Positions 43,077 through 55,164 of a DNA stretch of 64,000 bases are shown here, in pieces (the first letter of the stretch is position 1; each line of letters opens with the position of its first letter). The stretch is from Neophaeotheca triangularis (Eukaryota), in assembly GCA_054600435.1 (NCBI GenBank), contig BAAIJX010000020.1, positions 1 through 64,000 on the forward strand. The letters run 5' to 3'. Position numbers and translations under genes: made by a program. The notes under the pieces were generated by a model that was not told the origin of the DNA, made no database searches, and saw nothing but the letters and a program-made list of their open reading frames with translations.

Positions 43077-46055
43077 ATGCTTGAGCTGCTGCTGCGACTT
43101 GCTGTCCTCGTATCCCTACCCGTTCACGTCACTTCCGAAGCCGTCAATCAGACCAGCACTACTGCATCGGCCTCCTACGATGGCGGCGAAGTTGTCGCCA
43201 GTACTATTGGTCCAGAATGGCCAGCATCCCGTGTCTCTGCCACTGGCCTTCTCTCGCCCACGGACAGCGCCACATGTGAGAGCCGGACGGTGAACTATAT
43301 CACTCACACCTTACCGCAGCAATGCCTGAGGACCGAACGGGTAACTGCAGGGCCCGGAACCCAAGCGGAGGAAATCACCATGTCTTCATCTTCCACTGAG
43401 CACGCAGAATCCGTAGCTTCGCCGTCGGCATCGGACTCTCATGTGTCAATTGCTACGACCAGTCCTGAAGCCGCAGCTCCGGCCAACACCGTTGCCCAGT
43501 CTTCGTCGAAAGGCAATGATACTTCGAGCTCGAGTACGCCACTAACAGGGAGCACGGCATCGGAGAGCAAGGCGGCAGAAAGCACAGTGCCAGAGAGTAC
43601 ACCAACTTCCGAGACCGAGAATGATTCGCCTCTGGATAATGCCAACTTCCTCTCCTTCGAAGACTGGAAGAAGCAAAATCTCGCAAAAGCCGGCCAGTCT
43701 CCGGAAAATCTAGCTCAGGGTCGCTCCGGAGGCGGTGAGAGACAGCGTCCGGGCATCAGCAATGCTCTCGATACGCTTGGCGAAGAGAGCGAGATAGATC
43801 TCGACTTCTCTGGCTTCGTGACTGGGCCTATGCGGGAAGCTGAACGACCTATCGAGCCCGAATCGCACTCTTCGGAATCTCCCGAATCTATGCCAGAGGG
43901 CCAAGATGCGTCCGCCTTGTCCTCGACGCTCAGAAGTAGAGACGCCGGTCGAATTTGCAAAGAGCGCACGAACTATGCCAGCTTTGATTGCGCTGCAACT
44001 GTACTCAAGTCTAACCCAGAGTGCAAGTCGGCTTCTTCGGTCCTAGTCGAAAACAAAGACAGCTATATGCTCAACATTTGCTCTGCCGAGAACAAATTCT
44101 TCATAATCGAACTCTGCAATGACATTCTCATCGACACCATCGTGTTGGCCAACTACGAATTCTTCTCCAGCATCTTCAGGCAATTCAGAGTCTCCGTCTC
44201 GGACCGCTATCCGGTCAAGCTCGACAAGTGGAAAGACTTGGGTACATTCGAGGCCCGGTCAACCCGCGAGGTGCAAGCTTTCCTGGTAGAGAATCCACTC
44301 ATCTGGGCGCGGTACCTGCGTATCGAGTTTTTGAGTCAGTATGGCAACGAATACTACTGCCCTGTGTCACTGCTCCGAGTTCACGGTACGACGATGATGG
44401 AAGAGTTCAGGCATCAAGAGGAAATTGCCAAAGGCTTGGCGGATGATGAGCCTGCGATTGAGGCAGAGGTCGCACCTCCAAGCATAGCGCAAGAGCCTGA
44501 GACTTCTACCGATGAATCTTTGACACCTACCATGCAGTCGATACCAGTGGTAGAAGACAAGGTCAACGATACCGGTATAGCAGAAGCTCCGAACCAAACA
44601 GAAGCAGGCCCTCATGCAGCTGACCAGCTGGAGGCCAAAAAGAGCCATCCCAGTCAACGCAACTATTCTGCTGTCAGGCAGGAGCTTCTTGGCCAGCAAG
44701 ATCTGGGACCCTCCGAGGTACCGTCTGGGGAGGCAAATGATCCATCCGCAAGCTTCAGTGTTACTGAGCCTAAGGAGTATGAGCATCCAATCACGGTGCC
44801 TATGAGTGCTAGCTCCTTGACAAGCAATGATCAAGTACCCTTGACTACCACCATGAGCGTACCGGAGCCTTCTGTAAGCACACCAAAAAGTAGCGCTTCC
44901 GCCGTCAACGAAGGCAACGAGCTCGCACAAAGCCAGCAAGTTACAACAAGTCAGACGAGCATCGCCACAAGCTCAGCTGTGTCAATGGTCTCGGAAGCAA
45001 CGGATATGGACGGTACCTTTTCACCTCCTCCACCTCTACCCGATGACAAATCCACCAAACAACCAGAACCCAGCACAGCCAAACCCATCAAATCCACCAA
45101 ACCCGCCTCATCACCCTCGTACCCCACACAGTCCCAGCCGCAACCCTCTACCCAAGAATCCTTCTACAAATCCATCCACAAACGCCTCCAACAGCTGGAA
45201 AGCAACAGCACACTTTCCCTTCAATACATCGAAGAACAATCGCGCATCCTCCGCGACGCCTTCAGCAAAGTGGAAAAACGGCAAATCTCCGCCACCAGCA
45301 ACTTCCTCACGCACATCAACTCCACCGTCCTAACCGAACTGCAAGGTTTCCGCACCGCTTACGACCAAATCTGGCAAAGCACAGTCATCGAGCTCGAAGG
45401 CCAGCGGGAGCAGTACCAGCGGGAGATGCTGGCGCTCAGCTCCCGGCTCACTCTCGTCGCGGACGAGCTATTATGGCAGAAGCGGCTTGGGATCGCGCAA
45501 TCCACGCTCCTGCTGCTCTGTCTGGTGCTCGTCCTGTTTGCCAGAGCGGGCAGCGGAAATTTGGAAATACCCCTTTTGCAACAGATGGTGCACCGCTCGC
45601 AGCTTGCGCTGAAGAGTGGCGTGGGGTATGGTTTCGATAGCGAGCCTCACAGCCCGGCAGTTTCGGATAGTAGAAGCCCGGTCAGTCTTTTTAGACGCAA
45701 GATTTGGCGGTCGAGTAATGGGGAGGGTAGGGCGGAGGGAGGGAGTGTGGTTGACGAGGGTGATAGTCGGCCTGGGAGTAAGGATGGGTCGACTGTGGGT
45801 GCGGTCGGGGCGGAGATGCGGTTCCAACCGCTTGCGTCGGAGATTAGAGAGGAGGAGAGTGATGGGGAGGAGGACGTGGCGGATGATGAAGATGAGGAGT
45901 ATGGGGAGGAAGACGAGGCTGAGAAGCTCAAGGGCACCCAGAGTGGTCCTGCTACGCCGAGCGGAACGAGAGGTGCTGCTAAGGGACCACGAGGTTGGCC
46001 AGGTTCAGCTACGGAAGGGGTCGAAAGGGCGTCGAGTCCTCTGCAATTTGACTGA
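43077..46055 (+). CDS. SLP1: SUN (Sad1/UNC-84)-like domain ER membrane protein, Slp1/SUCO-like
   Basis: Signal peptide; FLSFEDWKKQNL, NYASFDCAATVLKSN, ENKDSYMLN, ANYEFFSS, YCPVSLLRVHGTTMMEEF, QESFYKSIHKRLQQLESNSTLSLQYIEEQS; C-terminal TM. Confidence 0.88.
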   Translation: MLELLLRLAVLVSLPVHVTSEAVNQTSTTASASYDGGEVVASTIGPEWPASRVSATGLLSPTDSATCESRTVNYITHTLPQQCLRTERVTAGPGTQAEEITMSSSSTEHAESVASPSASDSHVSIATTSPEAAAPANTVAQSSSKGNDTSSSSTPLTGSTASESKAAESTVPESTPTSETENDSPLDNANFLSFEDWKKQNLAKAGQSPENLAQGRSGGGERQRPGISNALDTLGEESEIDLDFSGFVTGPMREAERPIEPESHSSESPESMPEGQDASALSSTLRSRDAGRICKERTNYASFDCAATVLKSNPECKSASSVLVENKDSYMLNICSAENKFFIIELCNDILIDTIVLANYEFFSSIFRQFRVSVSDRYPVKLDKWKDLGTFEARSTREVQAFLVENPLIWARYLRIEFLSQYGNEYYCPVSLLRVHGTTMMEEFRHQEEIAKGLADDEPAIEAEVAPPSIAQEPETSTDESLTPTMQSIPVVEDKVNDTGIAEAPNQTEAGPHAADQLEAKKSHPSQRNYSAVRQELLGQQDLGPSEVPSGEANDPSASFSVTEPKEYEHPITVPMSASSLTSNDQVPLTTTMSVPEPSVSTPKSSASAVNEGNELAQSQQVTTSQTSIATSSAVSMVSEATDMDGTFSPPPPLPDDKSTKQPEPSTAKPIKSTKPASSPSYPTQSQPQPSTQESFYKSIHKRLQQLESNSTLSLQYIEEQSRILRDAFSKVEKRQISATSNFLTHINSTVLTELQGFRTAYDQIWQSTVIELEGQREQYQREMLALSSRLTLVADELLWQKRLGIAQSTLLLLCLVLVLFARAGSGNLEIPLLQQMVHRSQLALKSGVGYGFDSEPHSPAVSDSRSPVSLFRRKIWRSSNGEGRAEGGSVVDEGDSRPGSKDGSTVGAVGAEMRFQPLASEIREEESDGEEDVADDEDEEYGEEDEAEKLKGTQSGPATPSGTRGAAKGPRGWPGSATEGVERASSPLQFD

Positions 46056-46653
46056 TGACTTCTTGACATCATCCAAATGTTCAGTACACAATATGCAAAC
46101 ACAATGAGTCCAGCCCGTCTGCCGCGTCTAAACCTCGTCTTATCGGTTCGTAAAGAACACGTAAGAGGCCCGGCTATAGCATATCTGGATTGGAGGCAAT
46201 AGAGCGCCATGTTTGGAGAAGAAAAAAGCCATTTTGACATGAATACAGAACAAAGACTATTCGACATGCCCAAGACACGCTCAACCCCAGCAAACGCCTC
46301 CCCAACCAAGAACCCAGCAAATCAAGACGAAACAAGACGCCACTCAAGTCTCCACATCCAACACTGGTGAGCAACGTATGACGAAGCAAGATGAACCGAA
46401 GTTTCTAGGAAGAAAGAAAAAAAGGTAGAGACCGAAAAGAACGACCAAACGCAAGCGATGCACCAGGGGAACAGCCAACAGTAACCCAGCAACGGCGACG
46501 AAGGGGCTACGACACCAAAACTCTGCAGCGAATAGGACGACGAAGAGGAAGAGGAAGAGGAAGACGAAGACGACGACGAAGACAAAGACAAAGACAAAAA
46601 CACCGCCGACGCCCCAAAACCGCCGCGCGGCGTGCATCATCATCAACCCGCTA

Positions 46654-46900
46654 GCAAACATTTGCACACCCACGCATCCCAACTCTCCGCCCAAAAGACG
46701 GCATAAGTCATCATACCTTCCGCAAGTTCCCAAGAAACCGAGACAGCAAACCTCAGAGCCATCACCAACCGACAAAACCAGCCAGCCGGCAAATGTTTGC
46801 AAACCCACGCTTCCCAGCTCGCCGCCCAGAAGACGGTGTAGTCTCCACACCTTCCGCGCGTGACCGTGGACTCGGCGTGACAAAACCTCAGAGCCGTCGG
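46654..46900 (+). repeat. Degenerate tandem duplication (about 135-bp period), preceded by purine-rich simple repeats at about 46535-46600
   Basis: GCAAACATTTGCACACCCACGCATCCCAACTCTCCGCCCAAAAGACGG vs GCAAATGTTTGCAAACCCACGCTTCCCAGCTCGCCGCCCAGAAGACGG; AAACCTCAGAGCC occurs twice. Confidence 0.7.
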
Positions 46901-47441
46901 TCGCCAACACACTGGCCAAGACCCCCTGGTGCTCCCGTCCTTCGCCCAGTCTAAGAGATGAAGGAAAAACTCCACATTGTCATCAGCAACACCCCCCCGG
47001 GGACAAAAGTTACAGAGCCCAGGCTCCAGCGAGCGAGGCCTCGATACGGAGCTAGCGCCGCTCCGCTCCTTTAGATATTAAGGTGATCTGGCATCGCAAG
47101 TGGGGTGTTGGTTGTAGATGGTAGATGAAGCAGGGGTTACCTTACGAGGATCAAGGCGGAAGACCATTCTTGAGAGCACGTGACGTAGCTTCGAATTCGG
47201 AGGTGTGTGAATTGAGGCGGAAGCAGAAAGGGATGATACGGAGAGGAAGACGTCGGGTGAACTTACTCCGCACTAGCGACAAGGGATATAACGTGTCAAA
47301 TGCGGCGAGTATAGCAAAAGCACTCGCCGCGTGATATTCAAACATGGCCGTAGAGGCAGTTTTCATTTCCTTAGATTACCATCCAATCGGCCATCACAAT
47401 CACATCGTGCCATTATCAACTAAGACGTGTCGCCAAGTCAT

Positions 47442-49328
47442 TTAAGCAGCCGCGGCCACAGCCTGCGCAACCTGCACCCGTTCCTTCTCCAAAATGCTCT
47501 CAAGCACTGGCAGTGCCTCCCTTCGACTCCCCTGCGGCAGCTCGGCTTTCAACTCGCTCAGACCAAGCTGCTCGCTAGTCCAAAGGGGCTCGACAACCTC
47601 GGCACCCTTCTCGCCGACTCCAACGAACCCGCCCTCGCGAGCCCAGTCCGAAGTGCGCTTGATGCCGAGTTCGCGCCAGACGCTATCGAGAGCGGTGACG
47701 AGCTCGTCGCGGTACTCTTTGATGTGGCCGGGTGTTGGAGTGATGCGGAGGCGTTCCTGGCCAACGGGAACGGTGGGGTAGTTGATGGCTTGGACGTAGA
47801 TTTGGTGTTTCTCAAGCAGGAGATCCGAGGCGGCTTTGGCGGTTTCGGCGTTGCCGACAAGGACGGGGATGATGTGCGAGGGGTTGGGCATCACGGGTAT
47901 GTCTAGGCCTTCGAGCTGCTGTTTGACGGCGCGCGTGTGCAGTTGTTGCAGCCGCCGGTCGCCGCCGTAGCTCATTTGGTATTCGATGGCGGCTTTGGCG
48001 CCGGCCATGGTGGCCGGGGGAAGGGAGGTGGTGAAGATGAAACCCGGTGCTAGCGAGCGAATAGTGTCAACCATGCGTGCGGAGCCGGCGATGTAGCCGC
48101 CCACGCAGCCATAGGCTTTGCCGAGGGTGCCGGTGATGATGTCGATACGGTCTTGGACCGTGCCCTTGGTGCTGCGGCCGTGGGCGTAGGTTTCGTAGTC
48201 GAGGTGCTCGGCGACGCCGGCGCCGTTTGGTCCGTACATGCCGACGGCGTGGACTTCGTCCAAAAAGGTGATGGCGCCGTATTTCTCGGCGAGGTCGCAG
48301 ATTTCTTCAATGGGACCGATGCTGCCGCACATACTGTAGACACTTTCAAAGGCAATGATCTTGGGCACGTTGGGCGGAAGCGAGGCCAGTTTCGATTCAA
48401 GGTCCGCTACATCGTTATGTTTGAAGACCATTTTCTTGGCGCCAGAGTGCCGGATGCCTTGGATCATGGAAGCGTGGTTCATGCTGTCGCTGAGAATGAC
48501 ACAGTCGGGGAGTTTGCTACCCAGGGTTGCCAGAGTAGCGTCGTTTGCAACATAGCAAGATGAAAAAACGAGCGCAGCTTCCTTGGCATGCAACTTTGCC
48601 ACTGTCTTTTCCAGGCTCATGGCGTGCTGGTTATGTCCTGAGATGTTTCTTGTTCCTCCCGCACCAGCTCCGTACATATCCAAGGTCTCGTGCATCTGCT
48701 TCAGGACCTGGGGGTTTCGGCCCATGCCCAGGTAATCGTTGGAGCACCACACTGTAACTTTCTCCTCGGGAGTCGACATGTGCGCGCGAGGGAACTCCTG
48801 GGCCAAGCGGTTGATGTTGTTGAAGTACCGGTAGCTCTTATCTTTATGCTTCTTGTCGAGCTCGGTCTGGTAGAATCCGTCATAGTTGAATTGGGCGGCC
48901 TTGGGTGGCGCTGGTGGTCCGGCATTCATCTGCCTCTTGTTGCTTTGCTCCTGTGTACCGACATTTGCGCCGCGTGCAGTAGGCATGGCAAACTCTCGCC
49001 TCTCCCTCCTGACTTCGTCCACCTGGGCTTCCTTGGGGGCGGTCGTGTGCAATTTGGCGGCCCTGGCGTGTGGAACTTTGGCGTGGTAGGCTCTGGCGCC
49101 ACCAAAGGCACCGGATAAAGCGGCGTTGCCGGTGCGAGCGCTCTGCACGCTCAATGCCTTACCCATGACGGGGCATCGGCGAGCAATAAGCTGCAAGTTC
49201 GACATGGCGCCACCGCCGGGAGCGGCATGCTGGACGGTGGAACTGGTGGAGAGGGATCGAAGGTGTGCGGGAGAGGTTTTGGAGAGAAAGGGGCACATTG
49301 TGCGGGATTGGCGGAGAAGGGTCTCCAT
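47442..49328 (-). CDS. HEM1: 5-aminolevulinate synthase, mitochondrial
   Basis: ATG 49328 (METLLRQS); heme-regulatory CP motifs (MCPF, RCPV); [40 protein letters not shown] (PLP lysine). Confidence 0.97.
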   Translation of the reverse strand: METLLRQSRTMCPFLSKTSPAHLRSLSTSSTVQHAAPGGGAMSNLQLIARRCPVMGKALSVQSARTGNAALSGAFGGARAYHAKVPHARAAKLHTTAPKEAQVDEVRRERREFAMPTARGANVGTQEQSNKRQMNAGPPAPPKAAQFNYDGFYQTELDKKHKDKSYRYFNNINRLAQEFPRAHMSTPEEKVTVWCSNDYLGMGRNPQVLKQMHETLDMYGAGAGGTRNISGHNQHAMSLEKTVAKLHAKEAALVFSSCYVANDATLATLGSKLPDCVILSDSMNHASMIQGIRHSGAKKMVFKHNDVADLESKLASLPPNVPKIIAFESVYSMCGSIGPIEEICDLAEKYGAITFLDEVHAVGMYGPNGAGVAEHLDYETYAHGRSTKGTVQDRIDIITGTLGKAYGCVGGYIAGSARMVDTIRSLAPGFIFTTSLPPATMAGAKAAIEYQMSYGGDRRLQQLHTRAVKQQLEGLDIPVMPNPSHIIPVLVGNAETAKAASDLLLEKHQIYVQAINYPTVPVGQERLRITPTPGHIKEYRDELVTALDSVWRELGIKRTSDWAREGGFVGVGEKGAEVVEPLWTSEQLGLSELKAELPQGSRREALPVLESILEKERVQVAQAVAAAA

Positions 49329-49557
49329 GATTCTGCGTTGACGAGTGTGTAGAGAGAGAGAGAGAGAGGAGTGTAGACAGCTGGGGGAGTGTATCAAGAG
49401 AAGGAAGAAGGAGGGAAAGTGAGAGGAAACGGGCTGGTTATACGGCCCACTACTAACTTTACTGTGCTGAGTGAGAGTCTGAGAGAGTGAGAGAGTTTAG
49501 GGTAGAGTGTGTTGCATGACGGGCGCCATCGAGTCGGACTACTGTGGAGAAAAGGGC

Positions 49558-49582
49558 TCAGTAATGCAGACGTGCTGATTGG
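49558..49582 (-). promoter_or_regulatory. Bipartite CCAAT-binding complex/HapX site upstream of HEM1
   Basis: Minus strand CCAAT-cagcacgtctgc-ATTACTGA fits CSAAT-N12-RWT; about 250 bp upstream of the ATG. Confidence 0.6.
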
Positions 49583-50390
49583 CTGCCGGCGGGATCGGCA
49601 AAAATCCAGACGAGCAGACTACTAAGGTTGGACTTTGGTGACAGATCTTTGTCGTTGTCGTCTACAGAATCATCACATTTGCCTCGGTCTTTTGTTTCTT
49701 GAACCAACATGGACATATCCATTTCTCCCCCTCTTCTCTCTCCTCTTTCTTGGGATGGGCGATCATTTGCGGGGGTGTTGCGTTGCTTCGACTAGTCCGA
49801 GTAGAAGTCCAATTATCCAATGCATCTGCCCATTGTCAAAAGGCTGTCCATGTTAACGTTGTGTCGTATCGTATTCCGTGCATGAGCCGAGATGGTGTTG
49901 GTGTTGGTGTTAGTTGGCGTTAGTGTTGGTATTGATGCTGGTGGAAAACAAAGCCGGTTCATACATACCTCTCTCTCTCTCTCTCTCTCTCACACTGCCT
50001 TCTCCATCCCGTCGGTCTATTGTGACGATTATTGTGAGGTTATGCCTGCCGCCGGATACCAATAACAAAAAGCTCGAGGTTTCATAACTAAAGAGGAGGG
50101 GAAAAGAAAGTTGAATGCTCGCTCGTGCTAACAAAGACTGGCTGGACATGAGAAGCTACATAAAGAGCCGGCTAGCGAAACGTCCAGGAATCTACTGTAG
50201 TATAGCGTGATAGACGACACATCGCCAAGTTTGCTGCTCAGCTGGGTATATATATCTTGCTCCAAAAACGCAACCCCAAATATTCCGCTCCTCTTTCCCA
50301 CGTCCATTCCTCCTGATCAAAACATCTCAGCCCATCGCTCGCTGTTGAAATCAGCACACTCATTACCCATCTCTTATCCCCCATCCCCCC

Positions 50391-52985
50391 TCAAAAATCT
50401 CCATAAGCATCATCCCCATACCCACCGACATCATCATCCCTCCTTTTACCATAATAAGCGGCGTCAATATCGTCGTCGTAGCCGCCTTCGTCGTAATCCT
50501 CTTCCGCCGGCTCCTCCTCGTCGTATTCTTCTTCGTCGTACTCTTCTTCCCCGCCCTCGCCGCCCTCAGCCGCTTCTTCGACGTTCGTTTGGTCGCCAGC
50601 TGCTTGCTCGTCGGGCTCGGGAGTGACGAGACCTTCCATGGGGTCTGCTTCTTCTTCTTCCTCCGCGATGGCGCCGTCGGCTGTGTAGTCGGCTACGTCT
50701 TCTTGCTCTTCAGGTGCAGGCTCTTCGACGTCAGCAGCGGTTTCGTTGTCCGCAGCCTCCATGCCATCCCCAGCGGCAGCAGCGCCATGATCACCGCCAG
50801 CCTCGGCCGCGCCCTCTTCCTCCTCCTGCTCATCAGCAGGCGCACCCCCCATAGTCCCGCTCCCAACAACCTTGCCCTTATTTAGCTTCTTCAGCTGCCT
50901 CTTCTTCGCCGCCTCCGCCTTCTTCCTCTCCTTCTTCTGCTCCTTACTCTCCTCCAGCAAAGCCCTCTGCCTCTCAACCTCCTGATCCTCCTCAACCTGC
51001 CTGCGATACTCAGCCTCCAAATCCGCCATCTCGACCTTCATCTTCGCCTGAAAATCGTCCAAACCCTCGTAAGCGTCGAAATTCCGACGATCTTGATCCG
51101 TCTCGCGAGCATAAAAGTCGAGGTCAATCTTCTTCGTCTTCTCACCCATCATCGCCCTATCGACGCGGGACTTGTCGATGCGCTCTTCGCGCACGAATTT
51201 GAGCTTGATCTGCCGACGTGTCTTGGGCGGGAACATCTCGGCAATCATGAAGAAGTCGCTGCCGAACATGGAGAGGGCGTCGAAGAAACGGTCGGTTTCT
51301 TCTTCGCTCCACGGGTCGCTCTTGTACTTGACGCGTTCTTTTGGGTCGCGCTTGTTTTGGTTTAGGTAGCTGTGCTGGTTGGCGAAGTTGGTGTAGTCGT
51401 TGTCGGGCTCCTGCGTCATGTCGGTCGTTTCGATAAAGTCTTCGGCTTGTTGCGCGCGGTCGATAACTAGGTCGTTATCGTCGGCGACGATTTCGCCGTT
51501 GACAATGCGGAGCTGGACTTCGCCTGCGCCGCGTTTACGGTTTACGGGTTGGGCATCAGAGGGGCCGGTTTCATCTTCTTCCTCGTGTTCCTCGTTATCG
51601 GTATTGCCGTCTGCGTCCTCTCCAGCGGCGCCATCGTTCTCGCCTTCGGCCTCTTCGCCGTCTTTTTTCTTCTTCTTCTGTTTGCCCTTTCCTTTGGCTT
51701 TCTTCTTGCCTTTGTTATCCTTTTCGGTATTTTCCTCGTTCCCTTCATCGTGCTGTTCGTTGCCCTGTCCATTTGCAAGTCTGTTCCGCTCCGCCTCCTC
51801 CCGTGCCCTCTCCTCCTCCCTGTACTTCCATCGATTCTTCCTCCTGTCCTCCTGTTCTTCCAGAAAATGCTCGAATGTTTGCTCCATATCATCAGTGTAC
51901 CCAGCCGCTACCTTTCGAGCTGCCAGGTCGCGTTTCGCTTTTTCTTCTGGCCAGTTGATCTTGCGCAGCTCCGTCTCCGTCCGGCTTCTCTTGCCATATT
52001 GCTTTCCGCTTGCTAGTTCCCACATGGTGACTTTGTCCGGGTTTATCTCGCCCAAGTCTGAGTCTGAATCCCGGCCAGCCTCGTCCTCGTTGTTTTCGCC
52101 CTCTTCTTGTTCTCCTTCGCCATCTTGGCGCTGTTCGCGCATAGTGTTCTTACGCCTGGGCTTGCGAGGCTTTCCTGCGGGTTTCGGGTTTTGGGCAGCG
52201 GATTCTCCTTGTTCTTCGGCAGCCCGTCCCTCTCCAGCATTGGCCTCCGTCTCCTCTCCAATGGCCTCCGCATGCTCTTCATGCTGCTCTTGACTGGCGG
52301 AAGGATTTGCAGTCTTCTTCTTCCTAGGCTTTCGCGGTTGACTTGACCCATCTTGGTTCGCGTTGTCTTTCTGAGCCGCCTTGCCTCGCTTCCTATTGGC
52401 AGGAGCTGCGGTCTCGCCATTCACTTCGCTAGCCTGAGTTGTTTGTGTTATAGCAGAAGAGGCCTGCCCCTCCGGCAAAGCCTCGCCATCGTCGTCCTCG
52501 CGAACAGTCTCTGCAGACAGGGCGCCCTTTCTCTGCCCTGCCTTTTGCTTACGCTTCTGCAGATTGGCTGCTCGCTTTGCCGCTGCTGCGTCTGTCACTC
52601 CGTTGCTCGTTCCTTCATTCTGCGGCAATTCTGCTCCTTCTCCATTAGGACCAGCGGTCGCATTTGATCCGTCTGACGCCGCTTTGCTTCTGGCAGAGTT
52701 GCGCTTCTTGGCCGGTCTTTGGCTTGCACCGTTAGCACCCTTGCGCTTTTTGCTCGGTGCTGCTGCCTGGGGACTATCGGTCGGACCTGGAGCATTGGAT
52801 TGAGCAAACTGATCTAGCAAGCGGTTTGCGGGCTCCGGAGCCTGTGCTTCTCTGGCAAAGTCCCTCGTCGTGACCTGGCCTCGGTCTGTCTGCGGTACTG
52901 TGCCGTCTGACTCGCGGTACTGCTCTTGTTGGTAGACTGGTTGTGCCGCACTGAGCGAGCCCCACGTGCCCGTTGACGAGTCCAT
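50391..52985 (-). CDS. BDP1: RNA polymerase III transcription factor TFIIIB B'' subunit (Bdp1)
   Basis: SANT/Myb domain WSEEETDRFFDALSMFGSDFFMIAEMFPPKTRRQIKLKFVREER; VQLRIVNGEIVAD..LVIDR; first in-frame ATG at 52985. Confidence 0.88.
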   Translation of the reverse strand: MDSSTGTWGSLSAAQPVYQQEQYRESDGTVPQTDRGQVTTRDFAREAQAPEPANRLLDQFAQSNAPGPTDSPQAAAPSKKRKGANGASQRPAKKRNSARSKAASDGSNATAGPNGEGAELPQNEGTSNGVTDAAAAKRAANLQKRKQKAGQRKGALSAETVREDDDGEALPEGQASSAITQTTQASEVNGETAAPANRKRGKAAQKDNANQDGSSQPRKPRKKKTANPSASQEQHEEHAEAIGEETEANAGEGRAAEEQGESAAQNPKPAGKPRKPRRKNTMREQRQDGEGEQEEGENNEDEAGRDSDSDLGEINPDKVTMWELASGKQYGKRSRTETELRKINWPEEKAKRDLAARKVAAGYTDDMEQTFEHFLEEQEDRRKNRWKYREEERAREEAERNRLANGQGNEQHDEGNEENTEKDNKGKKKAKGKGKQKKKKKDGEEAEGENDGAAGEDADGNTDNEEHEEEDETGPSDAQPVNRKRGAGEVQLRIVNGEIVADDNDLVIDRAQQAEDFIETTDMTQEPDNDYTNFANQHSYLNQNKRDPKERVKYKSDPWSEEETDRFFDALSMFGSDFFMIAEMFPPKTRRQIKLKFVREERIDKSRVDRAMMGEKTKKIDLDFYARETDQDRRNFDAYEGLDDFQAKMKVEMADLEAEYRRQVEEDQEVERQRALLEESKEQKKERKKAEAAKKRQLKKLNKGKVVGSGTMGGAPADEQEEEEGAAEAGGDHGAAAAGDGMEAADNETAADVEEPAPEEQEDVADYTADGAIAEEEEEADPMEGLVTPEPDEQAAGDQTNVEEAAEGGEGGEEEYDEEEYDEEEPAEEDYDEGGYDDDIDAAYYGKRRDDDVGGYGDDAYGDF

Positions 52986-53292
52986 GGCTGCGTCTTTGGG
53001 TAGCAAGTGGTCAAGTGTTGAGCATGTGTAGTGATTGGATTCCAGTGATGAATGTACACCTGAGTTGGTAGAAAGTAGAGAGAGGGTCTTCAAACTTCAT
53101 CTAATACCCCGCTGCCAGAATTGCTCGTTCCGCGCTAGTGCTAGTGCTAGGACGGTCGTATAAGCCTACGAAGACTCGGATTCCTATCCCAACAGCCCCG
53201 CGGTTACTCCTACCTTTAACTTTCCTAGTTTTGAGCTAATCACCCGTAACTCGGCATACAAACAACAACAACAACAGAAAATCCAGGATAGT

Positions 53293-55164
53293 ATGACTCG
53301 CCGTAAGGTTAACCTCGAGCCTTTTAGGGACGACATCAAGGCTCTTATGCGCGATAAGGTCAGATAGTAAGACATTATTACTTACCTACGAGACAACCAC
53401 AATTGCAAGGTAGGCCTTATACGCCTTCGCGAGTCGCTCTATAACTAGGGGGTAGTAGTACAGCACTACAATGCTAGTATGTTTAACGGACCTACGCTTC
53501 GCGCGAGACTCGCCTATATGTTCGTAGAACACCTTATTACGGATAAGCAAATCGCGCAGATTTTACTAGCCGACGGCCTAGCGGACATTAGTAGCCGCAA
53601 AATCGCAGAGCTGCGTAAAGAGATAGGTCTGAAAAAGCGAATCGAGAGAGGGACGGTTAAAGAGTAGGAAATAGAGACCACTATACACGTAGTATTGACC
53701 TAGGAGTACGAGGACGGCTCTATTAAGGACCTTAGAATAGGCTACCTATACTAAAAGATGCGGTCTAAGTACAACATAGTAGGTAGGTAAGCGAGTCTCG
53801 CATTAGGTCCCTACGAGTTATAGCCTGTCTACTATCTACGGGCTCCGTCCGAACTCTATCTCGTCTAAACTTTATGCTAAGACTAGTAAGATTTCTTTAA
53901 GGGCGCTCTATTAGAGTTTACGAGGCTCATATTACGCGAGAATCACTGTAGACTCTTAGGCTAACAACTCCTTTAGGACTCGACTTTAGAAGATCGTAAA
54001 ACAGCTTAATCTAGTAGTATTCGAGCGCTATAGTCGTACCGTGCGCTATATATGCGGCGCCGTTAACTATCCTAGTCCTAATTACATCTAGTCTATAGAC
54101 GTCTATTACAAGCTCGAGTTATACGGGATCTAGGTCTACGGCGCTATAGACGTATATTTACGTAAGATCATGTAGATCTATTATGGTATATCTAGCTATA
54201 TAGGGGTTTTAGTTACGGCGTAATACCTTAAGACTGTCTCGGAGACAGGTATCGCTCCGGAAATTATCACTACTAATAGGGGGGGTAAGACTACTATAAT
54301 AGTAGACGCTTACTACTAGATCGTAGAGCAATTAAGGCTAGGACCTAATGGCAAACCCTTAGGCTTTAAGGACTGTTTCTAGTATAGTACTAGTAAGTAA
54401 AACTAGCGCATTGAATTATGGTAGGGCTAGGTAACTAAAGGAGCAATTAACGTATAGAAGTTGTACTTCGAGTTACTAGTGAGGAGGGGTATCTATAGGC
54501 CGGCCTTGCTCTATTACCGCATTGCCTTCCTTGTAGTCTATGTACCTATTATTCGCGACTAACTCATTAAGTTTACGAAGCTCTAGAACAGACACACTAT
54601 AAGGAAGCAGCTAAAAGCGCCTCACTCGACGCTAGGGGTCCTAGATCTAGTCTTCGAGTACCTATAGATGTAAGGGAAACGAGACTATAGCTATACCGTG
54701 CCTACTAAACTCATCCTTCCGTTATAGGCCGAGTTAGCGGATTTCCGTAAGCAAAAGTGCGCGAGTTACACAATATCTAGTAGCTAACTAAGCATTTAGA
54801 CATCGACGCCTACCTACTAGAGCCTACTAAGCAGTTTTGCACTACTACTCTAGAGGAGCTCGGATTTGTAGGACTCGACGGTATATAGACCGCTATAGAC
54901 GGCTCGCGGTTATATCGATATATGTTTTTAGCCCTCGTAGATCGAGTTTATAGCTATATGTAGAACGGAGAGGCCCCGGATCTTAGTAAGCTCGCGCGAC
55001 TACTAGCGGCGGCACGGTAGCGAGCCGCTAACGTAGCTAAGGGGGTATTTAATACGGTAAGGGAGCCATTCATTAGTAGTGCTAGCCTAGGTAACGCTAA
55101 ATTGCTAGAGCTAGGTGATATGAACTATGCCCCTATAGCATTCATTGACCCTAGCCTAGAGTGA
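53293..55164 (+). pseudogene. Transposase: Clr5-like/HTH N-terminus + integrase-core DDE domain, with introns (about 53787-53976 and 54747-54799)
   Basis: MTRRKVNLEPFRDDIKALM...; PSPNYI*SIDVYYKLELYGI*VYGAIDVYLRKIM*IY, PEIITTNRGGKT, FKDCF*YSTSK*N*RIELW*, L*NRHTIRKQ; reverting transitions gives WSID / TDRG.E / NQRIESWW. Confidence 0.85.

Noticed and set aside
49349..49990. (GA)n and (CT)n microsatellites near HEM1
   Set aside because: Ordinary promoter/UTR simple repeats
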